A stretch of 63,455 nucleotides of DNA from Minisyncoccia bacterium (GCA_044229075.1 JBGATS010000005.1:1-63455); one strand, 5' to 3'; shown: positions 40,801-51,448, counted from the stretch's first letter. Notes: generated by a model not told the origin, from the sequence alone. Program-made: numbers and translations.

Positions 40801-41125
40801 GCGTTTCGGGGAAATGGAAGTGTGGGCATTGGAAGGATATGGTGCTTCACACACGCTCCGAGAAATGCTCACCGTAAAATCAGATGATATTTTGGGACGA
40901 ACACAAGCTTTCGATGCGATTATCAAAGGTGAAAGTATCAAAAAACCAAATGTTCCTGCATCATTTCAGGTAATGTTGAACTACTTACGTGGTCTTTCAC
41001 TCGATATTTCTATTCGAGATGCAAACACCGGAAAAGAAAAAGGAGCTTCATCAGGTCCTGTGAATAAGGTCGAGATCAATTATGATTTAGATGAATTAGT
41101 CGAAGAAGACGACTTTAACGCATAA
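37844..41125 (+). CDS. rpoB: RNA polymerase beta subunit
   Basis: FIINGVERV, TPEGPNIG, MGSNMQ, GDKLAGRHGNKG, GGQRFGEMEVWALE. Start is probably the ATG at 37844. Confidence 0.98.
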   Translation: MSKNQKEQGIVQGPFPKKVFSKYRKPLVEVPNLIENQLVSYQKFLEHDLGRVIKEYSPVLDYSEKKFEFSITGIRLIRPDHDEHFAKENKLTFEGQLKAQVKIHNKVLGAVKDQEISLAQIPLITPNGTFIINGVERVIVPQLMRSPGVSFTDNLTRKGRFFGAKIIPARGVWIELESDGDNAVFVRIDKKRKFYVTTLLRAIGPDSDEEIMNLFTNEDAKNYIEYCLSKDTTKTKGEAFVDIYKKLRDGESAPADSAKEFFQSVMSPERYDLSKVGRYFFNKRFNKSLSETDLAVQQLTVDDVVTIVEHIITLNNTPRAKVDDIDHLGSRRVRFVGELVELAVRKGMARVKRNTQDKMSTIDVNTLLPIQFINQRPLQAAISEFFTQNQLSQFISQENLLTEVDHLRRVSALGPGGLTRERAGFEVRDLHPSHYGRLCPIRTPEGPNIGLILQLSMYARINEFGMIETPYMAVENGKITNKIDYLNALEEEKYVIAHAGMVNEKGMISHEVVEARIHGGPGYATPQQVQYVDVAINQAFSVGASLIPFLEHDDAKRTLMGSNMQTQAMPCVVPMAPLVATGIEDRVALDTGRLCLAAEDGEITYVDGRKIEVKNAKGKTITYPMTVYTRTNQSTIYHQRPIVSVGQKVVMGQVLADGATTENGQLAIGQNVRVAFMCWNGANFEDAIIVSERLVKKNVFTSIHIDEYDCVVRDTKLGEEQTTRDIPNVGEVRLKDLDDEGIVRIGAEVREGDILVGKITPKGEVELTPEERLLRSIFGEKVRDVKDTSLRMEKGGKGRIIGVKVFSRDKGDNLESGVLKRIYIQIAQLRNIQMGDKLAGRHGNKGVVSVVLPEEDMPYSADGQPIDIVLTPLGVPSRMNLGQILEMHLGLAANTLGYQAIVPPFAGATPEEIKDELVQAGFSQTGKMPLFDGHTGEQFDQDVAVGYMYMLKLSHMVEDKLHARSVGPYSLITQQPLGGKAQGGGQRFGEMEVWALEGYGASHTLREMLTVKSDDILGRTQAFDAIIKGESIKKPNVPASFQVMLNYLRGLSLDISIRDANTGKEKGASSGPVNKVEINYDLDELVEEDDFNA

Positions 41126-41134
41126 TCCTTATTT

Positions 41135-44100
41135 ATGAAAAATACTGAACACCACGTAATGTATACACCAGATACTATTTCACTCTCGCTGGCATCGCCA
41201 GAGCGTATTCGTGATTGGTCATATGGTGAAATTCAAAAACCAGAAACGATTAACTATCGAACTGGCCGATCTGAACGCGGCGGTCTCTTTGACGAACGAG
41301 TATTCGGACCAGAAAAAGATTATGAATGTTATTGTGGAAAATATAAGAGAATTCGTTATGCAGGGATTATTTGTGAAAAATGTGGGGTAGAGGTTACTCG
41401 ATCCATTGTTCGTCGTGAACGAATGGGACATATTGAACTCGCAAGTCCTGTTGCGCATATTTGGTTTTTACGAGCTGCGCCATCACGACTTTCCTTACTC
41501 TTGGATGTACCACTCGCAAACTTGGAAAAAGTTGTGTACTTTGCTGGATACATTATTACCGACGTCCACGAAACAGAACGACAAAAAGTTCTCAAGGATC
41601 TCGAACATGAATTCAAGATTCGCATGAAAACATTGGAGAACGATTCAGAAAAAGATGCAATGCAAGAGCTCTTTACGAATACGAAAAAAGAAATCCTCGA
41701 AATTGTTCCGCATCGGGTTCTTTCAGAAATAGAATATCATCGGTTTTCTGTTCGGTACGGAACTATTTTTGAGGCAGGTATCGGAGGAGAGGCGGTATAC
41801 GAAATTTTGTCAAAACTTGATCTTAAAAAAATGGAGGCAGAGCTTGAAAAAATTATTGAAAAGAAAGCAGAAACAGCAACTCGAGAAAAAATTGAAAAAC
41901 GTCTCCAGTTAGTACGATCATTTCTTGTTTCTGGGCAACGACCAGAATGGATGTTCCTCAAAGCAATTCCAGTTATTCCACCTGCACTTCGTCCGATGGT
42001 GCCATTGGAAGGTGGACGATTTGCAACTTCTGATGTGAACGATCTCTATCGTCGAGTAATCAATCGTAACAATCGTTTGAAAAAATTGAAAGAAATTGGT
42101 GCTCCTGATGTTATTTTGCGAAACGAAAAACGAATCCTTCAGGAAGCTGTTGATTCATTGATTGATAACACTATTCGTAAGAGTTCTGGATCAGTTGCAA
42201 TGAACCAATCACAAAAACGTCAATTGAAATCACTTGCAGATTACTTAAAAGGAAAACAAGGAATTTTCCGACAGAATTTACTCGGAAAACGAGTAGATTA
42301 TTCTGGGCGATCAGTAATCGTTGTTGGACCAAATTTGAAATTGAACCAATGTGGAATTCCAAAATATATGGCACTGGAATTATTCCGACCATTCGTTATT
42401 GGAGAAATCATGAAACGAGAGTTGGCGTATAACATTCGCGGAGCTGGAAAATTAATCGAAGAAGGAATTCCGGAAGTTTGGGAAATTTTGGAACAAGTAA
42501 TTCAAGGGAAATATGTACTCTTGAACCGTGCGCCAACATTGCACCGATTATCTATTCAGGCATTCCATCCAGTACTCATCGAAGGAAAGGCGATCCAGGT
42601 GCACCCGCTCGTATGTTCTGCGTTTAACGCCGACTTTGACGGTGACCAGATGGCAGTTCACGTACCACTATCACAGGCTGCACAGATCGAAGCTCGGGAA
42701 CTTATTGCTTCAAATAAAAACTTATTAAAACCACAATCAGGAGAACCAGTAGTTGCACCATCACAGGACATTGTTTTGGGAGTGTATTGGTTGACAAAAA
42801 TTGTTGCAGGAAAACCAGGAGAAGGAAAGTATTTTACAGGACCAAAGGAAGCATTGCTCGCACATAGTTATGGATTGGTAGATTTACGTGCAAAGATTTT
42901 TGTTGCACCAGGGTCATCACCACGATATCAATCGTTTGATGGAAAAATGATGGAAACATCAGTTGGGCGAATTTTATTTAATAAAATTCTTCCTGATAAC
43001 TATCTTTTTATTAATGATATTGTGAATAAAAAAGGCCTTTCAAAAATCGTTGAAACAATGATTAATGATTATGGTATTGATGCAACACCACCGATTCTCG
43101 ACGCTATTAAATCTTTTGGATACAAATATGCAACGCAGTCAGGAACGAGTATGGGTATTGACGATGCGCTTGTTCCAGAAACAAAAGGAGCTATTATTGC
43201 AGAAGGAAGAGAGTCAGAACGAAAAATTATTGATCAATATCTTGATGGACTTATCTCTGACGAAGAACGTTATATAAAACTCATTGAATTATGGGAAGGT
43301 GTTATGCGAAAGGTTGAAAAAGAAATTCAAGCAAACTTTGGTTCATCAGAATCAATTTCTGACATGGCGGTATCAGGTGCCCGAGGAAGTATTGGTCAGC
43401 TTACCCAGATGGCTGGTATGAAAGGAGTAATTGTAAACACACAAGGGCGACCGATTGAATTTCCAGTAGTATCATCGTATAAAGACGGTCTTTCACCAAT
43501 CGAATATTTCATTACGAATCACGGATCCCGAAAGGGGCTTGCCGATATTGCATTGAACACAGCAACGTCTGGATACCTCACTCGAAAACTGATCATGTCT
43601 GCTCAGGATGTAGTAATTACAGAAATTGATTGTGGTGCAAAAAAAGGATTAGTATTACGAGAGGAAACCGTTGATGGAATTGTAAAACCAATTACCAAAC
43701 ACCTGTTTGGACGTGTACTTGCAGAAACATTGAAAGATGATCAAGGAGAAATCCTCTTTAAAAAAGGTCACCTCATTACAAAAAATGATATGGCGGTGGT
43801 AGAAAAACGACATATTGTTGAAGCAGTCGTTCGATCTCCACTTACCTGTGATACGGTGTACGGACTTTGTCAGCATTGTTATGGCCTTGATCTCGGACGT
43901 AACCATTTGGTAAAATTCGGTGAAGCAGTAGGAATTGTTTCCGCTCAGGCAATTGGAGAACCAGGAACACAGTTGACATTGCGTGCAACTCACTCGGGAG
44001 GAGTAGTGGGAGCTGATATTACTGCGGGACTTCCTCGAGTAATTCAATTATTGGAATGTAGTACTGCAAAATTCCCAGCCGTGATTAGTTATGTTGACGG

Positions 44101-44788
44101 GGAAGTTGTTGATATTCGTGTTGATGGAGATACAAAAATTATTCAAGTACTCGCCGATCCAAGTTCTGTGAAAAACGGTGAAAAAAATCACGAGTACACC
44201 ATTACTATTCCTCGATCAGTTGTTGTGAAAAAAGGGTCACGAGTTCGTAAGGGTGACTTGCTCACTGATGGTGCTGCAGATGTTCATGAAATTCATGACA
44301 TTGCAGGATTCGATCGCGTTCAAGAATATATTATTACTGAAATTTCTCGAGTATACGAATTGAACAGTCTTTTCCTTGCACGAAAACACTTGGAAATTAT
44401 TGTTCGACAAATGTTATCACGAAGAAAGGTTATTGTACCAAACGGTACACGATTCACCACAGGACAGGTAATTGAAAATGTTGAGTTTGTAAAAGAAAAT
44501 GAACGAGCTGTCGCGGCAGGGGAAATTCCTGCAACTGCAAAGGTGATGCTCATTGGAATTTCACAGGTATCACTTACCTCTAAATCATGGCTTTCTGCGG
44601 CTGCGTTCGAACGAACAACTACAACCGTGGTTCATAAAGCTATCCAAGGAGGAATGGACGAATTCCGTGGACTTACAGAAAACGTAATGATTGGAAACTT
44701 GATTCCTGCGGGAACGGGGCTCAGTGAAGATTTTATCCCAGAAGTTTCTCTATTGAAAAAACAAGAAGATGCATTAGCAGAACATTAA
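41135..44788 (+). CDS. rpoC: RNA polymerase beta' subunit
   Basis: CYCGKYK...CEKCGVE, NADFDGDQMAVH, GEPGTQLT. Confidence 0.98.
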   Translation: MKNTEHHVMYTPDTISLSLASPERIRDWSYGEIQKPETINYRTGRSERGGLFDERVFGPEKDYECYCGKYKRIRYAGIICEKCGVEVTRSIVRRERMGHIELASPVAHIWFLRAAPSRLSLLLDVPLANLEKVVYFAGYIITDVHETERQKVLKDLEHEFKIRMKTLENDSEKDAMQELFTNTKKEILEIVPHRVLSEIEYHRFSVRYGTIFEAGIGGEAVYEILSKLDLKKMEAELEKIIEKKAETATREKIEKRLQLVRSFLVSGQRPEWMFLKAIPVIPPALRPMVPLEGGRFATSDVNDLYRRVINRNNRLKKLKEIGAPDVILRNEKRILQEAVDSLIDNTIRKSSGSVAMNQSQKRQLKSLADYLKGKQGIFRQNLLGKRVDYSGRSVIVVGPNLKLNQCGIPKYMALELFRPFVIGEIMKRELAYNIRGAGKLIEEGIPEVWEILEQVIQGKYVLLNRAPTLHRLSIQAFHPVLIEGKAIQVHPLVCSAFNADFDGDQMAVHVPLSQAAQIEARELIASNKNLLKPQSGEPVVAPSQDIVLGVYWLTKIVAGKPGEGKYFTGPKEALLAHSYGLVDLRAKIFVAPGSSPRYQSFDGKMMETSVGRILFNKILPDNYLFINDIVNKKGLSKIVETMINDYGIDATPPILDAIKSFGYKYATQSGTSMGIDDALVPETKGAIIAEGRESERKIIDQYLDGLISDEERYIKLIELWEGVMRKVEKEIQANFGSSESISDMAVSGARGSIGQLTQMAGMKGVIVNTQGRPIEFPVVSSYKDGLSPIEYFITNHGSRKGLADIALNTATSGYLTRKLIMSAQDVVITEIDCGAKKGLVLREETVDGIVKPITKHLFGRVLAETLKDDQGEILFKKGHLITKNDMAVVEKRHIVEAVVRSPLTCDTVYGLCQHCYGLDLGRNHLVKFGEAVGIVSAQAIGEPGTQLTLRATHSGGVVGADITAGLPRVIQLLECSTAKFPAVISYVDGEVVDIRVDGDTKIIQVLADPSSVKNGEKNHEYTITIPRSVVVKKGSRVRKGDLLTDGAADVHEIHDIAGFDRVQEYIITEISRVYELNSLFLARKHLEIIVRQMLSRRKVIVPNGTRFTTGQVIENVEFVKENERAVAAGEIPATAKVMLIGISQVSLTSKSWLSAAAFERTTTTVVHKAIQGGMDEFRGLTENVMIGNLIPAGTGLSEDFIPEVSLLKKQEDALAEH

Positions 44789-44839
44789 TTACGAGAGAGC
44801 GTCTTTGTTGTATAACCAGGGCGTTCTTTCCCGTTTTCT

Positions 44840-46558
44840 ATGAATACCGTTAAAAACTTGATTCGAGAAAAAATGCATATCGAGGAAGTAATGGGTTCCT
44901 ATATTACGTTAATTCCTGCTGGGAAAAATTATAAAGCATGCTGTCCTTTTCATGTAGAGAAAACACCTAGTCTCCAGGTTAATACCGAAAAACAGATGTT
45001 TTACTGTTTTGGGTGTAAAAAGGGAGGAGATGTATTCACCTTTATCCAAGAGATTGAACATGTTGATTTTAAAGAAGCCCTCAAAATCTTATCAGAAAAA
45101 TCAGGAATCCCTCTGGATTACTCAGAACAATTTTCAAAAGAGGTTGCCCAGAAAAAAACATTAATTACCATTCATGAAATGGCGACTCGGTTTTATCAAC
45201 TGTGTCTTTCTCGGGATACACATGCTCGTGATTACATAGTAAAACGCGGAATTACTCCTGTGTCGATAAAGGTATGGCGTATTGGATATGCTCCGGATGA
45301 TTTTCAGGCGTTAGTGACAACACTTATCAAGAAAGGATTTTCAGAAGAAGACCTAATCGCATCAGGGTTAGTAGGAAAATCGTCTCGAGGATTATATGAT
45401 CGATTTCGTGGAAGAATCATGTTTCCCATAACAGATCATCAAGGAAACACCATTGCCTTTTCTGGGAGATTGTTGCCCGGCACTCGCGAAGGAGCACGGT
45501 CAGATGTCGGAAAATATATTAATTCCCCTGAAACATTGATCTACCACAAATCACAAGCACTCTTTGGGTTTTCACTTGCAAAAGAAACAATACGTACTAA
45601 AAAAGAGGTTATCATTGTAGAGGGTCAAATGGATGCAATTCTCTCGCATCAGGTTGGGCATCCGGAAACGGTTGCCCTATCAGGAACTGCTGCTACTGAT
45701 CATCATATGGAAGTGTTAGTGCGGTTTGCTGATAGGATTATTATCGCTACAGACGGTGATCGTGCAGGAATTGCATCTGCTCATAAAATTGCACTTTCCG
45801 CATATCGGTTTGATCGAGAGGTTGGGTTACTCATCCTCCCAGATGGTATGGATCCTGCTGATATGATTACTACACATCCAGAATCGTGGGATACTCTTAT
45901 TTCACAACAGCAGGATTATATTGATTTCCACGGAATGATTACAAAAAATCATACATTGCGAGAAAAAATTATTGAAACAGAACAGTACCTTTTTCCAGTT
46001 ATTGCAGAAATAATGAATCATGTACGACGGGATGGGATGCTCCAAAAAATTGCACATCATCTCCAGGTTTCTGTGGAAAGTATCCGAAACGAATTTCAAA
46101 AATATCTCAGTAATACCAAGTCGATCGGTGGTTATCAGGATTATGATAATCACATTATACCATCAGAAATTAATTCTCTGGAAAATACAAATGATCGATT
46201 GTATCAGGAACTTGCTGGGATACGTCAAGTATTCCCACAAGAAACTATGTTTTGGTTTGATGATCATCCAGAAATAAAAGCTATAATAGCTACGAATCAG
46301 TATCCTGTATCACAAGAGCAACTTTCCGTGATACAATCAACCTATAACCATCTCGACCCAACAGACCAAACAGCTTGGCGAATACGACTTGATACTATAC
46401 GATATAGAATTTCATTGAATATATTAGATACAGAAATTGTAAAGACTCGAAACCAATTAATTCAAGAAGAAAACTCAGAACATATTGCACAGGTACAGAA
46501 ACAACTTCTTGAGCTTCAATCGAAAAAAGAAGCGTTGATACGTCAATTAGCAGAATAA
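44840..46558 (+). CDS. dnaG: DNA primase
   Basis: CPFH.EKTPS...CFGC zinc finger, [28 protein letters not shown] and DGDRAG. Confidence 0.96.
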   Translation: MNTVKNLIREKMHIEEVMGSYITLIPAGKNYKACCPFHVEKTPSLQVNTEKQMFYCFGCKKGGDVFTFIQEIEHVDFKEALKILSEKSGIPLDYSEQFSKEVAQKKTLITIHEMATRFYQLCLSRDTHARDYIVKRGITPVSIKVWRIGYAPDDFQALVTTLIKKGFSEEDLIASGLVGKSSRGLYDRFRGRIMFPITDHQGNTIAFSGRLLPGTREGARSDVGKYINSPETLIYHKSQALFGFSLAKETIRTKKEVIIVEGQMDAILSHQVGHPETVALSGTAATDHHMEVLVRFADRIIIATDGDRAGIASAHKIALSAYRFDREVGLLILPDGMDPADMITTHPESWDTLISQQQDYIDFHGMITKNHTLREKIIETEQYLFPVIAEIMNHVRRDGMLQKIAHHLQVSVESIRNEFQKYLSNTKSIGGYQDYDNHIIPSEINSLENTNDRLYQELAGIRQVFPQETMFWFDDHPEIKAIIATNQYPVSQEQLSVIQSTYNHLDPTDQTAWRIRLDTIRYRISLNILDTEIVKTRNQLIQEENSEHIAQVQKQLLELQSKKEALIRQLAE

Positions 46559-46572
46559 TCTTTGTATGTACT

Positions 46573-47916
46573 ATGGCACAAAAAAAATCTCAAAAAAATA
46601 CTGCTAAGAAAAATACTCACACAGCACGTGTGACGAAAAAGGTGGTAGTAAAAAAGCCAGTAAAAGAGGTAGAAAAAAAGATGAGTCAAAAGAAGGGAAC
46701 ACCAATGACAAAAAAAATAGTTTCAAAAAAACTACCATCAAAAAAAATAGCAACAAAAACAGTTCCTAAAAAAGTAATTTCTTCCAAAAAAGCTACCACG
46801 AAAATACCACCACAACCAGTACGAGGTGTTACCAGAGAAGAAATCGAAGAGCGCCTCCAACTCCTCGTTGAAAAAGGAAAAAAACGAAGATTTGTTACGT
46901 ATGAAGAAATATTGAAATCGTTTCCAGATGTTGAAGACGACATTCTTTTTCTGGATGAACTCTATGTAAAATTGGCTGACGCAGGTGTTGATGTATTAGA
47001 GAGTGGGAATTTACTCTCAGTAGACATGCCACAATCACCAATTCTCGAAGAGTTGGTAGGGCGACGGTATGAGCGTGAACGCAGCACCTACGACTCTATT
47101 CAGATGTATTTGAAAGAGATTGGAAAATATCCACTCATCCGTGCAGCTGAAGAAAAAGAACTTGCGCGCCGTATTGCAGCAGGGGATGAAGAAGCAAAAA
47201 ACTTGCTTGCACAGGCTAACTTGCGACTCGTAGTTTCTGTAGCAAAAAAATATTCCTCAAAAAGTTCTGATCTCACACTCCTTGACCTCATTCAAGAGGG
47301 GAATATTGGGCTCTATAAAGCAGTCGAGAAATTTGATTGGACCAAAGGATTCAAGTTCAGTACCTATGCGATGTGGTGGATTCGTCAATCCATTACCCGT
47401 GCTCTGGCAGACCAGTCACGTACGATTCGTATTCCTGTACACATGGTAGAGACCATTTCAAAGTTTCGACAGGTAACGCGCCGTATGGAACAGGATCTCG
47501 GGCGAACACCGCTTCCCGAGGAAATTGCCCTGGAAATGGGGCTCGATGTTGAAAAGATTCACATGATTAACAAAATTAATCAGTCGACAATGTCGCTCGA
47601 AGACACGGTGGGTTCTGGTGATGACGATAAATCTACCCGCGGGGAATTCATTGCTGATGAAAAAATTCTTTCACCTGATCGAGAAGCATCAAAGAGAATC
47701 TTACAAGATCAAATTCGCGAAATTCTCGACGACCTTTCTGATAAAGAGCGAAAGATTATTGAAATGCGCTACGGGTTGGTAGACGGAATTAATCATACCC
47801 TGGAAGAGGTAGGTAAAGAATTCGGGGTTACCCGGGAGCGTATTCGTCAGATTGAAGCAAAAGTTCATGATAAAATGCGTGGTAATGATAAAATTATGAA
47901 ACTAAAAGATTATTAA
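46573..47916 (+). CDS. rpoD: Primary sigma factor RpoD with a Lys-rich N-terminal extension
   Basis: [60 protein letters not shown]. Confidence 0.96.
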   Translation: MAQKKSQKNTAKKNTHTARVTKKVVVKKPVKEVEKKMSQKKGTPMTKKIVSKKLPSKKIATKTVPKKVISSKKATTKIPPQPVRGVTREEIEERLQLLVEKGKKRRFVTYEEILKSFPDVEDDILFLDELYVKLADAGVDVLESGNLLSVDMPQSPILEELVGRRYERERSTYDSIQMYLKEIGKYPLIRAAEEKELARRIAAGDEEAKNLLAQANLRLVVSVAKKYSSKSSDLTLLDLIQEGNIGLYKAVEKFDWTKGFKFSTYAMWWIRQSITRALADQSRTIRIPVHMVETISKFRQVTRRMEQDLGRTPLPEEIALEMGLDVEKIHMINKINQSTMSLEDTVGSGDDDKSTRGEFIADEKILSPDREASKRILQDQIREILDDLSDKERKIIEMRYGLVDGINHTLEEVGKEFGVTRERIRQIEAKVHDKMRGNDKIMKLKDY

Positions 47917-47926
47917 TCTATTCATT

Positions 47927-48151
47927 ATGAAAAAACAACGATTCATGGAAATGATCTATTCATGGTCCTTCCTGATTACCTGTCTCGCAGGGATTCAGTG
48001 GGGAATGATTGGAATTGGAGGTTTTCTTAACAAGAATTTGAATATGGTCAGTATTCTTGCCAAAGGAAATACTACAATCGAATATGGAACGTATTGTGTT
48101 ATCGGAATAATTACTATTATTTTTATCGCAATTTCCAGTATACAAGACTGA
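47927..48151 (+). CDS. Small two-TM membrane protein (DUF378-like)
   Basis: LAGIQWGMIGIG...NLNMVS...YCVIGI resembles DUF378. Confidence 0.55.
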   Translation: MKKQRFMEMIYSWSFLITCLAGIQWGMIGIGGFLNKNLNMVSILAKGNTTIEYGTYCVIGIITIIFIAISSIQD

Positions 48152-48173
48152 TAAACGAATTTTAGATCTTCAC

Positions 48174-48202
48174 AAAAACAACCTTCCCAGAAGGTTGTTT
48201 TT
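48174..48202. terminator. Intrinsic terminator
   Basis: AAAAACAACCTTC-cca-GAAGGTTGTTTTT after the dnaG-rpoD-DUF378 run. Confidence 0.7.
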
Positions 48203-49459
48203 GTGATAGAATCATGGTTATCTATGATTGAAACAGCACATCTTGTGTTTATCTATGTCTCATTATTTTTGAGTCTCTATTTTCAAATATTTCTTCTTCT
48301 TACCTATTTTGGATGGTCTAAAAAGGATACCTATTCAGGTTTTTCAGAAGAATCCCTTCCATCAGTGTCAATTATGGTGCCGTGCTGGAACGAGGAGTCT
48401 ACCGTGGTAAAAACCGTGCATTCATTGCTTGATTTGGATTATCCGAAAGACAAACTGTTCGTAGTAGTCATTGATGATGGTTCGACTGATACAACATGGC
48501 AGGTTGTGCAACAATTCGCAGACCATCCGCAAGTACGATTATTCCATAAAGATAATGAGGGAAGCAAATATGCTGCATTGAATTATGGGTTGGATCGTAT
48601 TTCAACTGACATCGTAGGATGTCTCGATGCTGATTCACGAGTTGATGATCAAGCACTTCGTCATTCGATTTTACCATTCTCTGATCCAGAAATAATGTGT
48701 GTGGTACCATCCATGGTAATTGATCAGCCGAAAACACTCATGCAGTATATGCAGAAACCAGAATATGAAATTGGTATTTATTTGCGTAAGGTATTTTCTG
48801 CGCTCAATGCGCTCTATATTGCGCCCGGTCCGTTTACTATTTTACGTAGGTCAGTGTTTGACAAAATTGGGTATTATATCGAGGCTCACCATACCGAAGA
48901 TCTCGAAATCGCATTGCGTATGCAGGTTCACGGTATGAAAATAGTTCACGCACCAGATTCTATTGTATACACCCATGGACCAAAAACATGGCCAGCATTA
49001 TTGAAACAACGCATTCGCTGGACCTATGGAGGTATGAAAAATATTCTTTCCGAATATGGACACATTCTGTTGAAAAAACGGTATGGCAATCTGGGAGCGT
49101 TTATTTTGCCATTTTCCATGGTTTCTATCATTACTGCGATCATTTCATTTCCATTGATTATGTGGAGCGCAATGAAAGGAATTTATAATCTTGCAGTAGA
49201 ATTGTTTGTTACTGGATTTGATTTTTCAGCACCCAGATTCGACTTATTTTTTACCAGTACTCATTCATATACCTACCTTGCATTTTTACTCTTAATAATA
49301 ACAATGTTTATCGTGTATGTCAGCCGTAGGAGTATTCTGCGTACGCGGTTACTTACCTTCGACTTACTCACGTTTGTTATTTATCCATTTTTTGCATCAT
49401 GGTGGACCATTCGATCTACCTATAACTTTCTTACTTCCAAGAAAAATTCTTGGCGATAA
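48203..49459 (+). CDS. Processive family-2 glycosyltransferase
   Basis: VPCWNEE, DDGSTD, DAD, TEDL and QRIRW, with N- and C-terminal TM helices. Confidence 0.9.
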   Translation: MIESWLSMIETAHLVFIYVSLFLSLYFQIFLLLTYFGWSKKDTYSGFSEESLPSVSIMVPCWNEESTVVKTVHSLLDLDYPKDKLFVVVIDDGSTDTTWQVVQQFADHPQVRLFHKDNEGSKYAALNYGLDRISTDIVGCLDADSRVDDQALRHSILPFSDPEIMCVVPSMVIDQPKTLMQYMQKPEYEIGIYLRKVFSALNALYIAPGPFTILRRSVFDKIGYYIEAHHTEDLEIALRMQVHGMKIVHAPDSIVYTHGPKTWPALLKQRIRWTYGGMKNILSEYGHILLKKRYGNLGAFILPFSMVSIITAIISFPLIMWSAMKGIYNLAVELFVTGFDFSAPRFDLFFTSTHSYTYLAFLLLIITMFIVYVSRRSILRTRLLTFDLLTFVIYPFFASWWTIRSTYNFLTSKKNSWR

Positions 49460-49464
49460 AATAT

Positions 49465-50181
49465 ATGAAACAATCTACTTTTGAATGGTTTAAATACGTG
49501 GTCACCTTTGTGATTACTGCCGGAATTTTTATCACGGTGTTTTATGTGACCAAAATAATGAGTGAACGAAAACTCACTGAAATTCGATCGATTCAGGACA
49601 AGATTTCTATTGACCTCCTGTCTTCTGAAACACAGTTTTCACTCTTGAAACGGTCAACCTGTACACAGGATGGTAATTCGCTACTCGCCCCAGAGATTGG
49701 TAGTCTGGGAGAACGACTCGCTTTTATGGAAAGTCAGCTGGGGACCGACAATGCACAGGTGATTGGTTTGAAAAAATACTACTCATTACTCCAGATCAAG
49801 GATTATTTGCTGGGACTCGAGTTATCACAAAAATGTGATTTCAAGCCAATTTATATTCTGTATTTTTATAAAAATGAATGCACCGATTGTGAAAAGCAGG
49901 GCTACGTATTAACCGCGCTCCGTGAAAAATATCCAGAATTACGCGTGTATTCTTTCGACACAGAACTCGATCTGTCTGCTATTGCCACCCTGAAAACACT
50001 GTATAAAGTTTCTGATACACTGCCGGTGGTGGTAATTAACGAAAAGCCATATACCGGATTTCAGTCTATTGAGACAGTTGAAAAGCTGATTCCAGAACTC
50101 AAGAAAAGTTTGGAAACAAGTAATACAACAGATAAAACAGTTGATACAAAAACCACGAACAAGACCAAAAAACCTGAATAG
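49465..50181 (+). CDS. Membrane-anchored protein with a C-terminal thioredoxin-like CxxC domain
   Basis: N-terminal TM; YFYKNECTDC...LPVVVIN. Confidence 0.6.
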   Translation: MKQSTFEWFKYVVTFVITAGIFITVFYVTKIMSERKLTEIRSIQDKISIDLLSSETQFSLLKRSTCTQDGNSLLAPEIGSLGERLAFMESQLGTDNAQVIGLKKYYSLLQIKDYLLGLELSQKCDFKPIYILYFYKNECTDCEKQGYVLTALREKYPELRVYSFDTELDLSAIATLKTLYKVSDTLPVVVINEKPYTGFQSIETVEKLIPELKKSLETSNTTDKTVDTKTTNKTKKPE

Positions 50182-50234
50182 GGAATTAAAAAATACCTTT
50201 ATTTTATAAGGGTATTTTTATTGATGAAAAGAGA

Positions 50235-50263
50235 TTGACAAATAGTAGCTAATATGATATACT
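50235..50263 (+). promoter_or_regulatory. sigma70 promoter
   Basis: TTGACA-N17-TATACT with extended TG, upstream of the broken ORF at 50307. Confidence 0.6.
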
Positions 50264-50306
50264 TCTGAGTGAAAATATTCCTTAACAAATTAAAAAACAA
50301 ACAATA

Positions 50307-50654
50307 ATGAAACAAATAAATATGAAAGAAAGTTTAATGTTTTATTGCAAAAGACATTTAACCAATAATACCTCAATATTCTTAAGAATTAAAAATGATT
50401 TACTCTTATAAGAAATAGAGAATTTCATTGATAAAAATTTAGAAAAAGGAAATAGTCTTATTGGTTTACTTTATTATTTTTACGAAAAACAATGTGGTTT
50501 TATTACATGGGACAAAAAACCTGGAATAAGAAATTTTGCAGGTTTGCAATTTCTAATATATAAAACCAAAGATGAAAAAAGAGGGGAAAGATTGGTAAAT
50601 GCTTTCAAATCTTATTTTAAATTTGTCAAACATTTTGACAAAACAGAAATATAA
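50307..50654 (+). pseudogene. Hypothetical gene interrupted by an in-frame TAA
   Basis: ATG at 50307, TAA at 50409-50411 (codon 35); the same frame stays open for another 80 codons to TAA at 50652-50654. Confidence 0.6.
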
Positions 50655-50707
50655 AAAAAGGCGACTGTACTATCAAAATTAATTATTCACAAATAAAAAA
50701 AAAGAAA

Positions 50708-51000
50708 ATGACAAAAAAAGCAAAAAATCTTAACAGTAACTTAGGTTTTACATCTAATTTTGAATTAGATGTAGAAAAAATTGAAAATGGATACAGGCTA
50801 TCATTTTCAACCGGCTTTCAATGCGAAGCTCGGTTGTTAAAAAAAAAGGAGATGTAAATATTTATGTTTACAACTCAAAATATGGGGGTGTAAACCATCT
50901 TCACGAGAGAATAGATGGTGATACTATCTATTTTCAAACAGTCCAAGATGGATTGAACCCAGGCGGTTCAACCTTCCAATTGGAAGTTGAGAAAGAGTAA
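50708..51000 (+). pseudogene. Hypothetical gene frameshifted at an A9 run
   Basis: ATG at 50708 and A9 at 50839-50847. One extra A would join the 5' part to an open frame ending at TAA 50998-51000 (about 97 aa). Confidence 0.5.
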
Positions 51001-51073
51001 ACAAAAAGTATAGAGTCCCTCTGGGCCACCTGTAACAAGGTGCTTTTTTATTTCAATTTTTTTTATAGCGGTA

Positions 51074-51110
51074 AAGAAAAAACCTTGCACAGGATGCAAG
51101 GTTTTTTCTT
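51074..51110. terminator. 16-bp hairpin terminator downstream of tRNA-Thr
   Basis: AAGAAAAAACCTTGCA-cagga-TGCAAGGTTTTTTCTT abutting the tRNA CCA end. Confidence 0.75.
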
Positions 51111-51186
51111 TGGAGCCGGCAGAGGGATTCGAACCCACGACCTACGGTTTACAAAACCGTTGCTCTACCAACTGAGCTATGCCGGC
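51111..51186 (-). tRNA. tRNA-Thr(TGT)
   Basis: Reverse complement GCCGGCATAGCTCAGTTGGTAGAGCAACGGTTTTGTAAACCGT...GGTTCGAATCC...GCCGGCTCCA. Confidence 0.96.
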
Positions 51187-51232
51187 ATAATAACCATTTC
51201 GGTTATTTATTATTCTACAGATTAACATATAC

Positions 51233-51411
51233 AACGGTTTTTACAAAACCGCTCGGAATGAATTTGGTCATTCCTCGCCTCCACCAACTGAGCTATATTG
51301 GCACAATAATTATCAATTATTGAACATATCAGATAGTTAGTATAATACTACCGTCTTACCAAAACTGGTCAAAATGGATTTGGTCATTCCTCGCCTCCAC
51401 CAACTGAGCTA
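51233..51411 (-). repeat. Two degenerate tRNA-Thr 5' fragments sharing a perfect 34-bp direct repeat
   Basis: ATTTGGTCATTCCTCGCCTCCACCAACTGAGCTA at 51262-51295 and 51378-51411. CCAACTGAGCTA is also in the intact tRNA (51168-51179). Confidence 0.85.
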
Positions 51412-51448
51412 ACCACGAATGGCTATGCCCCAGATCAGAAAGAGAATA

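Noticed and set aside
9320-44788. Inteins or introns in dnaE, rpoB, rpoC
   Set aside because: Lengths are normal or compact and the conserved motifs are contiguous, with no Cys/Ser...His-Asn intein boundaries seen.
51262-51411. Mini-CRISPR (two 34-bp direct repeats)
   Set aside because: The repeats derive from the tRNA-Thr D-arm, the 82-bp gap is too long for a typical spacer, there are only two copies, and no cas genes are present.
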